Source: Crocinitomicaceae bacterium
GTDB taxonomy: Bacteria > Bacteroidota > Bacteroidia > Flavobacteriales_D > Sanyastnellaceae
Length of the DNA stretch: 56,802 nt
Direction of reading: 5' to 3'
Assembly: GCA_002720375.1 (NCBI GenBank)
Contig: PBIE01000044.1
Span: forward strand, 1-56,802
Shown: positions 42,825-52,750 of the stretch, piece by piece
Layout of the letters: each line of letters opens with the position of its first letter
How positions within the stretch are numbered: the first letter of the stretch is position 1
The notes under the pieces: model-generated
Database searches by the model: none
The model's input: the letters and a program-made list of their open reading frames with translations, nothing else
What the model was told of the DNA's origin: nothing
Translations under genes and position numbers: made by a program

Positions 42825-44228
42825 GTGAAGCGCACCACACGATTGCTCCTTAGGTCCTTTATAGGTCCCTTCGTGATTACATTTTTAGTGGCCTTGTTTT
42901 TTCTCGATATGCAGTTCCTTTGGGTCTATGCTGACGAGATGATTGGCAAGGGGCTGAGCATCTTGGTGGTCCTGGAACTCCTGCTCTACGCCTCGGCCAG
43001 ACTGGTCAACCTAGCGCTACCATTGGCCATTCTAATGAGCAGCATCATGACCTTGGGCAGTCTCGCTGAACACGAGGAGTTGACAGCCCTGAAGTCTTCA
43101 GGCATGAACTTGGGCCGCATCCTGCGTCCGCTGATTGTCACCATGGTGTTTGTGGCCGGCGGAGCATTGATGTTTGCAAACTACGCATGGCCCGTGGCCA
43201 ATCTAAAGTTCAGAACGCTTCTCTACAGTGTGACCCGGAAAAAGCCCACACTCAATTTGGAGAACGGCGTCTTCTACAATGGCATCGAGGGGCATGCCAT
43301 CCGAGCATCCAAAGTGGACAAGGAAACGGGAAGGTTGGAGGACATTCTCATTCACCAACATGGCGGAGGCCGGGATGGCGCGGGCCTGGTAATTAGAGCC
43401 CAAGAAGGAACCATGACAACATCAAGAACGGGACGGTTTCTTCACTTTGACCTTCTTGATGGATCAAGCCATGAGGAGCGTTTGGAGCCCGGTGTTAGAC
43501 AAAGGGAGCGCACTTTCCCCCACCTCGTCACGGCCTTTTCCCATCAACAGTTAAGAATTGACCTGAGCAGTTTGGACTTTGCCAAAGCCGACGAGGCACT
43601 CTTCAAGCGCGCCTATGAGATGATGAGTCTGGGACAACTCGCTTCGGCCATCGACTCAATAGAAGGCCAGCGATCACATGCAGCACAGGCCATGCTTGAT
43701 TTCGGTCAGCGCAATCTCAACAAGAAAACACTGGATGCGAGCCACGTCTTCCCTATGGACACTGTACCCGTTAATGAGGTTTGGCTCAGCCGGCTCGGTC
43801 CAGCCGCTGAGCGCCGGGTCTTTGACGCAGCCAGAGACATGCTCCGAAACACAGCACAAACTGCGCGGAACCAAATTGATGAGCGGAACGCCAAGAGAAC
43901 CCTAGCAGACCGTCATGCCATTGAGTGGCATCGGAAGCTGTTTCTCGCTTTTGCGTGTATCCTGCTTTTTCTCATCGGGGCTCCACTGGGGGCGATTATT
44001 CGAAAAGGAGGGCTTGGGCTCCCCACTGTATTGGCCATACTTCTTTTTGTGGCTTATTATATTGTAACCATCGTTGGTGAGCGCATGGTAAGAAGTGGTG
44101 CTTTGTCTCCTGCCCTCGGGATGTGGCTGGGCACTCTGCTGATGGTTCCGGCCGCGGTCATGCTGAACATCAGGGCATCACGAGAGCGCGTTTGGAAACC
44201 GTTTTCTCGCCTCTGGTCCACTCGATAA
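42825..44228 (+). CDS. LptF/LptG-family LPS export permease
   Basis: 467 aa with a GTG start. N-terminal LLRSFIGPFVITFLVALFFLDMQFLW, a large periplasmic loop, and three C-terminal TM helices (YjgP/YjgQ architecture). Confidence 0.85.
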   Translation: MKRTTRLLLRSFIGPFVITFLVALFFLDMQFLWVYADEMIGKGLSILVVLELLLYASARLVNLALPLAILMSSIMTLGSLAEHEELTALKSSGMNLGRILRPLIVTMVFVAGGALMFANYAWPVANLKFRTLLYSVTRKKPTLNLENGVFYNGIEGHAIRASKVDKETGRLEDILIHQHGGGRDGAGLVIRAQEGTMTTSRTGRFLHFDLLDGSSHEERLEPGVRQRERTFPHLVTAFSHQQLRIDLSSLDFAKADEALFKRAYEMMSLGQLASAIDSIEGQRSHAAQAMLDFGQRNLNKKTLDASHVFPMDTVPVNEVWLSRLGPAAERRVFDAARDMLRNTAQTARNQIDERNAKRTLADRHAIEWHRKLFLAFACILLFLIGAPLGAIIRKGGLGLPTVLAILLFVAYYIVTIVGERMVRSGALSPALGMWLGTLLMVPAAVMLNIRASRERVWKPFSRLWSTR

Positions 44229-44239
44229 CGAACATCAAA

Positions 44240-45454
44240 ATGCGCGTTCTACAATTGTGCCATAAGCCACCTAAGCCCTCTGTTGATGGAGGGTGCTTGG
44301 CCATGGACGCCATGACCTTGGGGTTTTTGGAAAACGGAGCGGACGTCAAGGTCTTAACTGCTGCCACACGAAAGCACCCCATTCTGATGGACAAGCTCGA
44401 CCAGACCTATTTGGATTCAACAGACTTGGAGGCGGTCCGAATTGAAACCCAACTCGACATTCGAGATGCTTATATCGCATTGATGAACGGCGATTCGTAC
44501 AACATATCGAGATTTTATGCGCACCATTATGCCATGGTGGTCAAGCGCACACTTTCTAGAAAGCGTTACGATGTCGTACACCTAGAAAGCCTGTATACCA
44601 CACCATATATTGAGACCATCCGCCGGCATGCTCCAAACGCCTTGATTTCGCTTCGCAGCCATAATCATGAGTATCAAATCTGGGAACAGCGTTGGAAAGC
44701 GAGCCGAAACCCGTTTCATCGTCTCGCTTTGCGGCACCTTTCAAAAACGCTTGAACGCTATGAAAAGGATGTTCTCAATAATGTCGATGTCCTCGTTGCC
44801 ATAAGCGAAAATGAAGCCAAAGGCTATCGGGATTGGGGTTATTCTGGTCCAATTCATGTGGCTGGCTTCGGCATCGACATGTCTGCACGTATTTCAAACT
44901 CCCATGGGAATGACAATTCAAAAGACCGTCCAATCCGGCTCTTTCACCTGGGCGCCATGGACTGGGGTCCCAATCGAGAGGGAATTGCCTGGTTTATAGA
45001 TTCAGTCTGGCCTGAGTTGGTTAAACGCCATCCGGGAACTGAATTTCATCTCGCGGGAAAGAGCCTCCCACCCGACCTGCATGCTGGGGTCGAAGGCATT
45101 GTCAATCACGGAGAAGTTGCCGACGCTGACCTCTTTGCTTCACAGTATGACATGCTCGTGGTCCCCCTGCTGCGGGGCGCTGGAATTCGGGTGAAAATCG
45201 TAGAAGCCTTGGCCAAGGGTATTCCCGTGGCAACGACGAAAATGGGCGTGGCGGGATTGGACTTAGAAAACCGGGACTGTATCATTTGTGGAGAACCTGA
45301 TCAGCTGTGCGAATTGATCAGCGATGCCATCGGAAACCAGAGCAACCTCCAAATGCTGAGTCTTAACTCCAGACAAATCGCCATAGACCGCTTCGACAGA
45401 AAAACCATCGGAAAAGATTTGCTTGAATTCTACAGGGGCCATGTCCAAACCTGA
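44240..45454 (+). CDS. Glycosyltransferase family 4 (GT-B fold)
   Basis: ATG 44240 (MRVLQLCHKPPKP). C-terminal nucleotide-sugar domain LVVPLLRGAGIRVKIVEALAKGIPVATT. Confidence 0.85.
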   Translation: MRVLQLCHKPPKPSVDGGCLAMDAMTLGFLENGADVKVLTAATRKHPILMDKLDQTYLDSTDLEAVRIETQLDIRDAYIALMNGDSYNISRFYAHHYAMVVKRTLSRKRYDVVHLESLYTTPYIETIRRHAPNALISLRSHNHEYQIWEQRWKASRNPFHRLALRHLSKTLERYEKDVLNNVDVLVAISENEAKGYRDWGYSGPIHVAGFGIDMSARISNSHGNDNSKDRPIRLFHLGAMDWGPNREGIAWFIDSVWPELVKRHPGTEFHLAGKSLPPDLHAGVEGIVNHGEVADADLFASQYDMLVVPLLRGAGIRVKIVEALAKGIPVATTKMGVAGLDLENRDCIICGEPDQLCELISDAIGNQSNLQMLSLNSRQIAIDRFDRKTIGKDLLEFYRGHVQT

Positions 45455-46667
45455 CCTGAACCGGCCAAAGCTTGCTGTCGTCACACCTCGGTTTCCCCTC
45501 CCACTCAACAAAGGCGACCGACTTCGGATTCACCATCAATTGGCTATTCTCTATCGTCATTTCGAGGTGGATCTTCATTGTCTAAGCTTCGGAAAGGTGT
45601 CCGCAAAGGACATAGAGTCCCTCAATGATCGATGTGACCACATCACTGTTTATCGTCTCCATTGGCTGCGGGCACTGACCAGAATGGTTTGGGCTCCTCT
45701 GTCCCGTCGGCCATTTCAAGTTCTCCTTTTCACGGAGCGCAGACTGATTCTTCGGATGCGAACCAACATCCTCAGAAAAAAGCCCGACGTGTTGCTGGCC
45801 CAGATGGTTCGCACCGCTGAATACGTAAAGGACTTTGACGAGGTACCCCACATCCTCGACATCATGGATACGCTTCACGCTGGCGCCGAGCGAGAGGCCG
45901 AGAAGGCACCGATATGGAAACGGCCCCTTTTGCGAGAGGAAGGGCGCCGATTGGTCCGGTATGAGCACCGGATGCCGAACTACTTTGATGCCTGCACCAT
46001 CATCAGCGCACAGGACCGGGATTTGCTTCCCCATCCAGACAGGCAATCCGTGGCCATTGTACCCAATGGCGTCGATTGCAACTTCTTCTATGCCCAAGCA
46101 GATGTCTCCCCATTGGATGGTACGACCGAAGCTTTTGATGTGGCGTTCTGCGGAAACCTCGGATACTCCCCCAATGTCGTGGCCGCGCGGTTCATTGTCG
46201 AGGACATCGCTCCTGCCTTTGAAGAACTCACCGGTCGTCCCTTGAGAATCCTTCTGTCCGGGGCCCATCCTGCTCAAGCCGTACTCTCACTGAGCAGCCG
46301 TGATGTTCGCATTGCGGCCAATGTTCCGGACATCCGTTCCTCCTATCTAGCGGCACCCTTGTTTGTCGCCCCGATGCTTGTCAACACTGGACTGCAAAAC
46401 AAACTGCTCGAGGCCATGGCACTGGAGCGCGTTTGCATCACCACACCTCGGGCGCTATCAGCTCTGGGCAGGGACCCAGAGAATACAGTTATCACCGGAT
46501 CCACCCCGGCAGAATTTGCATTCCAAATCGCCCATTGGATAGATCGGCCAGACGCCTGTCGCGATAGAGGATCCGAAGCGAGAGCATGGGTGCGAAACGC
46601 CTTTGATTGGGACTCTGCAACGGCCCCCTTGGTGGACCTGCTTCGAAGTCACACCGTGTCTGAGTAA
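45441..46667 (+). CDS. Glycosyltransferase (GT-B fold, GT4-like)
   Basis: ATG 45441 overlaps the preceding gene by 14 nt. Motifs KLAVVTPRFPLPLNKGDRLRIHH and VAPMLVNTGLQNKLLEAMALERVCITT. Confidence 0.8.
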   Translation: MSKPDLNRPKLAVVTPRFPLPLNKGDRLRIHHQLAILYRHFEVDLHCLSFGKVSAKDIESLNDRCDHITVYRLHWLRALTRMVWAPLSRRPFQVLLFTERRLILRMRTNILRKKPDVLLAQMVRTAEYVKDFDEVPHILDIMDTLHAGAEREAEKAPIWKRPLLREEGRRLVRYEHRMPNYFDACTIISAQDRDLLPHPDRQSVAIVPNGVDCNFFYAQADVSPLDGTTEAFDVAFCGNLGYSPNVVAARFIVEDIAPAFEELTGRPLRILLSGAHPAQAVLSLSSRDVRIAANVPDIRSSYLAAPLFVAPMLVNTGLQNKLLEAMALERVCITTPRALSALGRDPENTVITGSTPAEFAFQIAHWIDRPDACRDRGSEARAWVRNAFDWDSATAPLVDLLRSHTVSE

Positions 46668-46697
46668 TACAATTGATATCAGCATTATTTTTGTTCC

Positions 46698-47600
46698 ATG
46701 CAGAAGACCATTCCACTGTTGGATGCCTCCAAGTTTGTCTCTGGAAGCGATACTGACCGGGCCGCGTTTGCCAAGGACCTCAGGATGGCCTTCGAGCGCT
46801 ACGGATTCATCACGCTTGAAAACCACGGCCTCGAACAGGAGCTCATCGACCGTGCCTATCATCAAGCCGAGCGCTTCTTTTCCCTTTCCGAGGAAAAAAA
46901 GCGCGGAGCAAGCTTACCGGGTGTTGGCGGCAACTTTGGCTACACCCCCTTTGGAAGGGAACACGCCAAAGACGAAACCCGTGCAGATCTGAAAGAATTC
47001 TATCATTTCGCACAGAGCCACTATCCCCAACCGGATTGCCCAGACACCCCTGAGTTTGTCGCCGCTGGTCGTGAACTGTATTCTAGACTTCAGCTTCTTG
47101 CCGGTGAGCTTCTCAAGGCTGTTGCCCTGTCCATTGATCTCGATGTCGACTACTTCTCCACTCACGTGACAGGAGGGAACAGCATTTTGCGTGTTCTTCA
47201 CTATCCACCTGCGCCTGATGCGCCTGCAGATGCGCCTCGAGCCGGAAGTCATGAAGACATCAACCTCATCACCCTTCTGGTGGGCAGTTCTGCCGATGGA
47301 TTGGAGGTCCTGGATATGGATGGCGATTGGATTCCAGTAAAGGCACACAGCCAGCACCTCACAGTTAATGTGGGCGACATGTTACAAAACCTAACGGGAG
47401 GACTTTTGCGGTCCACCACCCACCGCGTCGTCTTGCCCGAGGGCAGTGGAAGGGATTCCTCGCGATTCAGCCTCCCATTCTTTCTCCATCCACAAGGCGC
47501 CATGCCACTCGACCCCATCATGGGAGACAAAAATGCCCACCGCTCTTGGACTGCCGCCGCCTTTCTCGAGCACCGACTCAACGAAATCGGCCTCAAATAG
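46698..47600 (+). CDS. 2-oxoglutarate/Fe(II)-dependent oxygenase (isopenicillin N synthase-like family)
   Basis: 300 aa. Motifs FGFITLENHG, facial triad context GSHEDINLITLL...STTHRV, and a C-terminal RFSLPFF. Confidence 0.85.
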   Translation: MQKTIPLLDASKFVSGSDTDRAAFAKDLRMAFERYGFITLENHGLEQELIDRAYHQAERFFSLSEEKKRGASLPGVGGNFGYTPFGREHAKDETRADLKEFYHFAQSHYPQPDCPDTPEFVAAGRELYSRLQLLAGELLKAVALSIDLDVDYFSTHVTGGNSILRVLHYPPAPDAPADAPRAGSHEDINLITLLVGSSADGLEVLDMDGDWIPVKAHSQHLTVNVGDMLQNLTGGLLRSTTHRVVLPEGSGRDSSRFSLPFFLHPQGAMPLDPIMGDKNAHRSWTAAAFLEHRLNEIGLK

Positions 47601-47840
47601 GCACTGATATTCCCGCCCCTTCATTGCATTTCACTTCAAAAGTGAACCGGCCCACCACACATCCATATCGGGCCTGAGGCCCCATTTCACATCACTCGGA
47701 CGCATTTTAGATGCACCTGTATTCGATTCAGGTTGGGCCTTGAATGAATCGTCCGCGCGCCGATTGCATTTGTTAAGACAGCTTGGAGATTTCGATTGAG
47801 CAACGATGCGTTATTTGGGACAAGTACCCAGCAATACTCC

Positions 47841-49304
47841 ATGGCAAGACCGATTCTCATTCCCCTCTGCTCCGCCTTTCTCGGTGGATGGCTCGTCCTC
47901 CAATTTTCTACTTTCCGCTCTGTACCAACAGAACCCATTCCTATGGTTCAAGCCAACTGGTCCCGGCCTGCCAACGTCCCGACCGTGGCCTCCCCCAATA
48001 TCACTTTGCCGGCGCGCACATCCGAAATACCCGTGGAAGGATTCCGGCGCGCAGCAAGTGATGCCCTCGATGCAGTGGTGCACATCCGTACGGTTCAGAC
48101 TTTCGCCAACCAGAGAGGTTGGTCTGGGTTCTTTCCCTCGCCAGAACAAAAGCAAATCCAAAGGGGATCGGGAAGCGGTGTTGTCTTGTCACCGGATGGA
48201 CTCATCATAACGAATCACCATGTGATCGCTGGAGCTGATGCCATCGAAGTTGGATTGAATGACAACAGGTCATTTGAAGCCGAGCTCATCGGGAGTGACC
48301 CATCAACAGACATCGCGGTACTGAAAATTGCAACTGACGGACTGGCCGCCTTATCGTGGGCCAACAGCGACGATGTGCATGTTGGCGACTGGGTCTTGGC
48401 GGTTGGGAACCCCTTTGATTTGACGAGCACAGTCACCGCGGGCATTGTATCCGCAAAGGCAAGGAGCATTCAACTTCTCAGGCCCGACCTCACCAAGGAT
48501 GTCTTTCCCGTGGAGAGTTTCATTCAAACCGATGCCGCGGTCAACCCTGGAAACAGTGGAGGCGCATTGGTGAACACCGAAGGGCGCATGGTGGGAATCA
48601 ACACAGCCATAGCCTCCCGAACGGGAAGCTACTCGGGCTATTCCTTCGCCGTCCCATCGAATTTGGCAGCAAAAGTGGCCCGGGACATCATTGAATTTGG
48701 TGAGGTCCAGCGCGCCTTCTTGGGTGTCCACATCCGCCCAGTCGACGAGATTCTTGCGGAGAATCTCGGATTGCCCGAGGTGAAGGGAATCATGGTCACG
48801 GGATTGGCAGATGGTGGAGGCGCCATAGAAGCGGGGCTTCGCAAAGGAGACGTCATTTTGTCCATAGACGGCACTGCTACTCCCTCTCTCCCCATTCTCT
48901 TGGAAAGGGTGAACCAGCGCAGGCCAGGTGAAGCGTGCAGTATCGAAGTCTGGAGGGAAGGAGAAACGTCCCGGTTTACAGTGTACCTGAAAGACCGCTT
49001 TGAAGGAAGCGAAGTCGCCGGCAGCCTCCACGAAAACACCTTCATCGATGCTTATGGAGGTCGCATCTCAGATGATGAATTGGGCAACGGGGCCAAAGTT
49101 TTAAAAGCCGGACAAGGTGCGCTGGGCCGCTCTGGCATACAGGATGGCGCCACCATTTACTCGGTGGATGGCATCCGTATCGAAACTGCTAAAGGGCTTG
49201 TCGCTGCGATTGAAAAGGCAAATCAAGCCGGCAAGAAAGCGGTCTTATTGGAAGGAAAGCTGCCGAGTGGTCAGACAGCATGGTTTGGCATGGGCATTCC
49301 GTGA
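47841..49304 (+). CDS. htrA: Periplasmic serine endoprotease, HtrA/DegP (Do) family with two PDZ domains
   Basis: ATG 47841 (MARPILIPLCSAFLGGWLVL). Catalytic triad contexts TNHHVIAGA, DIAVLKI and GNSGGALVN. PDZ segments GIMVTGLADGGGAIEAGLRKGDVILSIDG and GATIYSVDGIRI. Confidence 0.9.
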   Translation: MARPILIPLCSAFLGGWLVLQFSTFRSVPTEPIPMVQANWSRPANVPTVASPNITLPARTSEIPVEGFRRAASDALDAVVHIRTVQTFANQRGWSGFFPSPEQKQIQRGSGSGVVLSPDGLIITNHHVIAGADAIEVGLNDNRSFEAELIGSDPSTDIAVLKIATDGLAALSWANSDDVHVGDWVLAVGNPFDLTSTVTAGIVSAKARSIQLLRPDLTKDVFPVESFIQTDAAVNPGNSGGALVNTEGRMVGINTAIASRTGSYSGYSFAVPSNLAAKVARDIIEFGEVQRAFLGVHIRPVDEILAENLGLPEVKGIMVTGLADGGGAIEAGLRKGDVILSIDGTATPSLPILLERVNQRRPGEACSIEVWREGETSRFTVYLKDRFEGSEVAGSLHENTFIDAYGGRISDDELGNGAKVLKAGQGALGRSGIQDGATIYSVDGIRIETAKGLVAAIEKANQAGKKAVLLEGKLPSGQTAWFGMGIP

Positions 49305-49339
49305 TGGGAAAAACCCGCAATTCCGCGTAAATTGATGTC

Positions 49340-49963
49340 ATGGCGAATGTCGCATTCCATATCCCGCTTTTCCCCCTCGGGGTCTTCTTGCTTCCGGGCG
49401 AGCAAACAGGGCTGCACATTTTTGAGCCTCGCTACCGTCAACTCATCGCTGAACTCGAAGACGCCATGATGGAAGGCCGTGAAAAAGACAACCGATTTGG
49501 CATTCCATTCCACCATGACAACCTGACGGCATCCACTGGCAGCCTCGCCAAACTTGTGGAGGTGAAGAAGGTTCACCCAGGGGGACGGAAAGACATCGTC
49601 GTGGAGTGCGTTGGTCACTTCGAAACGCGACGATTCGAGTCAATCTCATCACCCAAACTTTATCCCGCAGGTCAAGTCGTAGCTCGCGATATTGGACTCG
49701 ATTCCGAACTCAACGCACAGCACATCGCGCTGGTCATCCGCATCAAGGAAATACTCGCGGATCGAGAAGTCGATGTCTCGGAACTTCCAAGTTGCACGAT
49801 ATCAGACGTCACCAGTTGGTTGGGACTTCCACCTGCCCACAAACATCGGCTTTTGACCAGCAATCCAGTGGGCCGGTCAGTCTTTCTTGAAAGCGTTCTG
49901 AGATGGACACTCTCAATTCTTCAACAGGAATCCCGAATTGACAAGGGATACTTTCCGAATTGA
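49340..49963 (+). CDS. LON N-terminal substrate-binding domain protein (stand-alone)
   Basis: 207 aa. PLFPLGVFLLPGEQTGLHIFEPRYRQLI is typical of the LON_substr_bdg domain. No AAA+ or protease domain. Confidence 0.8.
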   Translation: MANVAFHIPLFPLGVFLLPGEQTGLHIFEPRYRQLIAELEDAMMEGREKDNRFGIPFHHDNLTASTGSLAKLVEVKKVHPGGRKDIVVECVGHFETRRFESISSPKLYPAGQVVARDIGLDSELNAQHIALVIRIKEILADREVDVSELPSCTISDVTSWLGLPPAHKHRLLTSNPVGRSVFLESVLRWTLSILQQESRIDKGYFPN

Positions 49964-50000
49964 CATGATGCCGGCGTGCTGCCGGCGGTATCTTAGCCCC

Positions 50001-50837
50001 ATGAACAGACGCCGTCCCCATTTGATGCTCTTGCCCTTGTGTATGGGGCTAGCAGGCATGGCCCTTCTCATTGGATGCGCAGGCACCGAAGCGAATGCCG
50101 ATTCGGCTGAGAAAGACACCCCTGTTTTCGATGAATCTTATCTGGATCCAACGGGGCCGAACTACATGACCGGTCCTGTTCAGATTCACTATTCCGATTC
50201 CGAAAACATGCACCTCGAGGACGGGGAGTTTATCGAGTTCAAAAGCCAGCTTCAAGGCTTTTTAGAATCCAATAACAACAGTGAGTTCAAGCGGCATTTC
50301 CGCGACTTTTACATCCCCGAGGTTTTTCCGACGGACTCCTTGCTGGATTTGTATGTCAGGATGTATTTCCAATGGGACAGTATTGGGGTGTCCAACCGTT
50401 TCAATAACTGGTGGGTTCGATATGTCTCCCCATTTGCCTCCGGTGAGTTATACGACGTGGCGCTTGCAGAAGTCCGGATACGTCACCATCAGGTTTTCCA
50501 AAAACATTGGACTGGAAACTACAGAAATTTTGGTCGCACTTTAAGCGAGCGTTATCCGGGCGCCACAATCGAGTACATGGACACGACCTTCACAGAAGAA
50601 AACGGTGATACCGCCTTCCACCGTTTGATTTCAGCAGATGTCGACCGCCTGATCTACTTGGTTCGGGGCCATGGAACTGATAGCCTTCATGATACCCGAA
50701 TCAGGGTGCTCAACGACGGGTGGCAATTGAGCCCAATTATGAAGGGCTTACTGGACTCTGCCGCGGTGGCCTTCGTCGATGATCACCAGCGTCAATTCGG
50801 CACACTACAAGACCGGCCCCTGGTGTCGGGAAGGTGA
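50001..50837 (+). CDS. Hypothetical lipoprotein
   Basis: ATG 50001 gives MNRRRPHLMLLPLCMGLAGMALLIGCAG with a lipobox. No family recognised. Confidence 0.55.
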   Translation: MNRRRPHLMLLPLCMGLAGMALLIGCAGTEANADSAEKDTPVFDESYLDPTGPNYMTGPVQIHYSDSENMHLEDGEFIEFKSQLQGFLESNNNSEFKRHFRDFYIPEVFPTDSLLDLYVRMYFQWDSIGVSNRFNNWWVRYVSPFASGELYDVALAEVRIRHHQVFQKHWTGNYRNFGRTLSERYPGATIEYMDTTFTEENGDTAFHRLISADVDRLIYLVRGHGTDSLHDTRIRVLNDGWQLSPIMKGLLDSAAVAFVDDHQRQFGTLQDRPLVSGR

Positions 50838-50891
50838 TGTTGTGCTGCATTTTGTTTTGCATTCAGGTTCCATTTGTCTCGTCGCAATGCC

Positions 50892-51788
50892 ATGAAAATT
50901 CAAATTGACAATGAGTGGGGCGAATTGAAGCGTGTTGTGGTCGGAAGGGGCGACGACATGGGCCAAGCCACCACAGCAGAGACCTCATTTGATCCCACGT
51001 CCCGTGCTCATTTAATAGATGGAACTTACCCAGCTGCGCGCGATGTAGACGCTCAATTAAAGCGGTTGTCAGATGTTCTTACAGAATGCGGAGTGGAAGT
51101 GCAGCATCCAACGGGCATAGTCGACTTAGAACAGGTCTTTGCTCGGGATGTTGGCCTGGTCATCGAAGACCGTTTTTTTCGTTCGGTGATGATTGGTGAG
51201 CGCCAAAGGGAGTGGGATGGCATCCAACATTTATTGGACGGGCTGGAAATTAATGTGATTCCAGACCATGCTAGAATGGAAGGTGGCGATGTTCTGGTTC
51301 TTGAGCATTGCCTTGCTGTCGGTGTGACCCGGGATCCCGATCTGGTCGGGCTAAAAACCGCAAGGACCAATCAAAAAGCTCTGGATTTTCTCATTTCGGA
51401 GTTTCCCCAACGCGAAGTAATAGGCATTGAACTTCACAAACACGACCAGAACCCATTGAAATGTGCGCTCCACTTGGATTGTGCATTCATGCCTTTGGGC
51501 CGTGGCGAAGCGATGGTCTGCCGGGAAGCCTTCCTTCATGTCGATCAGCTGAACGCGCTGACTGCGCGGTTTTCTCATGTGATTGATATATCGCTGACGG
51601 AAGCAGCCCTGCTGCAATCCAATCTCCTTCACATCGACCCCGAGACCCTGCTCATCGATCCCCGCTTCACCCGGATTTCGGAGATTCTACAACAACGGGG
51701 GTATCGCTTGATTAATGTCCCGATGCACCACGTCGGTAAAATGGGCGGTTTGTTTCGATGCACCACCCTCCCCTTGCTCCGAAACTAA
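50892..51788 (+). CDS. Amidinotransferase-fold enzyme (dimethylarginine dimethylaminohydrolase / arginine deiminase-related)
   Basis: ATG 50892 (MKIQIDNEWGELKRVVVG). Motifs MEGGDVLVL, ALHLDCAFMPLG, and C-terminal catalytic Cys context GGLFRCTTLPL. Confidence 0.78.
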   Translation: MKIQIDNEWGELKRVVVGRGDDMGQATTAETSFDPTSRAHLIDGTYPAARDVDAQLKRLSDVLTECGVEVQHPTGIVDLEQVFARDVGLVIEDRFFRSVMIGERQREWDGIQHLLDGLEINVIPDHARMEGGDVLVLEHCLAVGVTRDPDLVGLKTARTNQKALDFLISEFPQREVIGIELHKHDQNPLKCALHLDCAFMPLGRGEAMVCREAFLHVDQLNALTARFSHVIDISLTEAALLQSNLLHIDPETLLIDPRFTRISEILQQRGYRLINVPMHHVGKMGGLFRCTTLPLLRN

Positions 51789-51791
51789 ATC

Positions 51792-52748
51792 ATGACGGAA
51801 CCCAAAACCCAACGCAACCAGAGCGCCGATCTGCTCTTGATGATTAGGCCCGCCTCTTTTCGAATGAACGAGGAGACGGCAGTCAACAACGCATACCAAA
51901 ATGCCGCCGAAGAAGGGATCGATGCAGTGAAACTTGCCCAAGTCGAGTTTGACGGACTCGTGGATGCGCTCCGAAATCATGGAATCTCTGTCTGTGTCCA
52001 AGAAGAGGACCCCGAAGCAGACACCCCCGATGCCCTCTTTCCCAACAACTGGGTGAGCTTCCATTGGGACGGGCGTGTGGGCCTATACCCCATGTTTGCA
52101 GTCAACCGCAGGCGTGAGCGTAGGGAGGACGTTCTTCTTCGCTTGTCAACGGATTTCCAGCGCGAACTCACTGAGATTGTCGACTTCACTGAATTCGAAG
52201 TGCACAATGTCTTTCTCGAAGGAACAGGAAGCTTAATTCTTGACCGAATCCATGGCTTGGCGTATGCGGCCATTGGCCCCAGGACTGACCAAGCTGCTGC
52301 CCAACATTTCTGTGAGGCGTTCGGATATGAGTTGATTCCGTTTACCGCTAACCAAACCGCTGGAAACACTTCAGCACCCATATACCACACCAATGTGATG
52401 CTGGCCATCGGTTCAGAATGGGCCGTTGTCTGTGACGATATCATCCTTGGGAAAGAGCGTCAATCTGTTCTCAATGTTCTTTCCCAATCCGGGCGCACTG
52501 TTGTGCAGATCACTGCCGATCAAGTCAACGGGTTTTCGGGCAATGTCTTAGAAGTCAGGAACGAAAAAGGCGAACGCTTTATCGCCATGTCGAGCGCAGC
52601 CTATTCATCCTTCACCGAAGACCAACGCAAAACCCTGTCAGGCCTTGCGCGCATCATCCATGCCCCCATTCCTACCATAGAACAGCTTGGTGGTGGCTCT
52701 GTGCGCTGCATGTTGGCCGAGGTGTTTCTTCCCAAAGCTCAATCTTGA
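51792..52748 (+). CDS. ctlX: Amidinotransferase-fold protein, CtlX-like (citrulline utilization hydrolase family)
   Basis: 318 aa. Motifs LLMIRPASFRMNEETAVNNAYQ, PIYHTNVMLAIG, and C-terminal GGGSVRCMLAEVF. Confidence 0.72.
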   Translation: MTEPKTQRNQSADLLLMIRPASFRMNEETAVNNAYQNAAEEGIDAVKLAQVEFDGLVDALRNHGISVCVQEEDPEADTPDALFPNNWVSFHWDGRVGLYPMFAVNRRRERREDVLLRLSTDFQRELTEIVDFTEFEVHNVFLEGTGSLILDRIHGLAYAAIGPRTDQAAAQHFCEAFGYELIPFTANQTAGNTSAPIYHTNVMLAIGSEWAVVCDDIILGKERQSVLNVLSQSGRTVVQITADQVNGFSGNVLEVRNEKGERFIAMSSAAYSSFTEDQRKTLSGLARIIHAPIPTIEQLGGGSVRCMLAEVFLPKAQS

Positions 52749-52750
52749 CC

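Noticed and set aside
47630-47682. Two small hairpins after the 2OG oxygenase gene (TTCACTT-CAA-AAGTGAA at 47630-47646; GGGCC-TGA-GGCCC at 47670-47682) as terminators or an sRNA
   Set aside because: The stems are short (5-7 bp), one is AT-rich, and neither is followed by a clear T tract. The 240-nt gap before htrA shows no other structure I could support.
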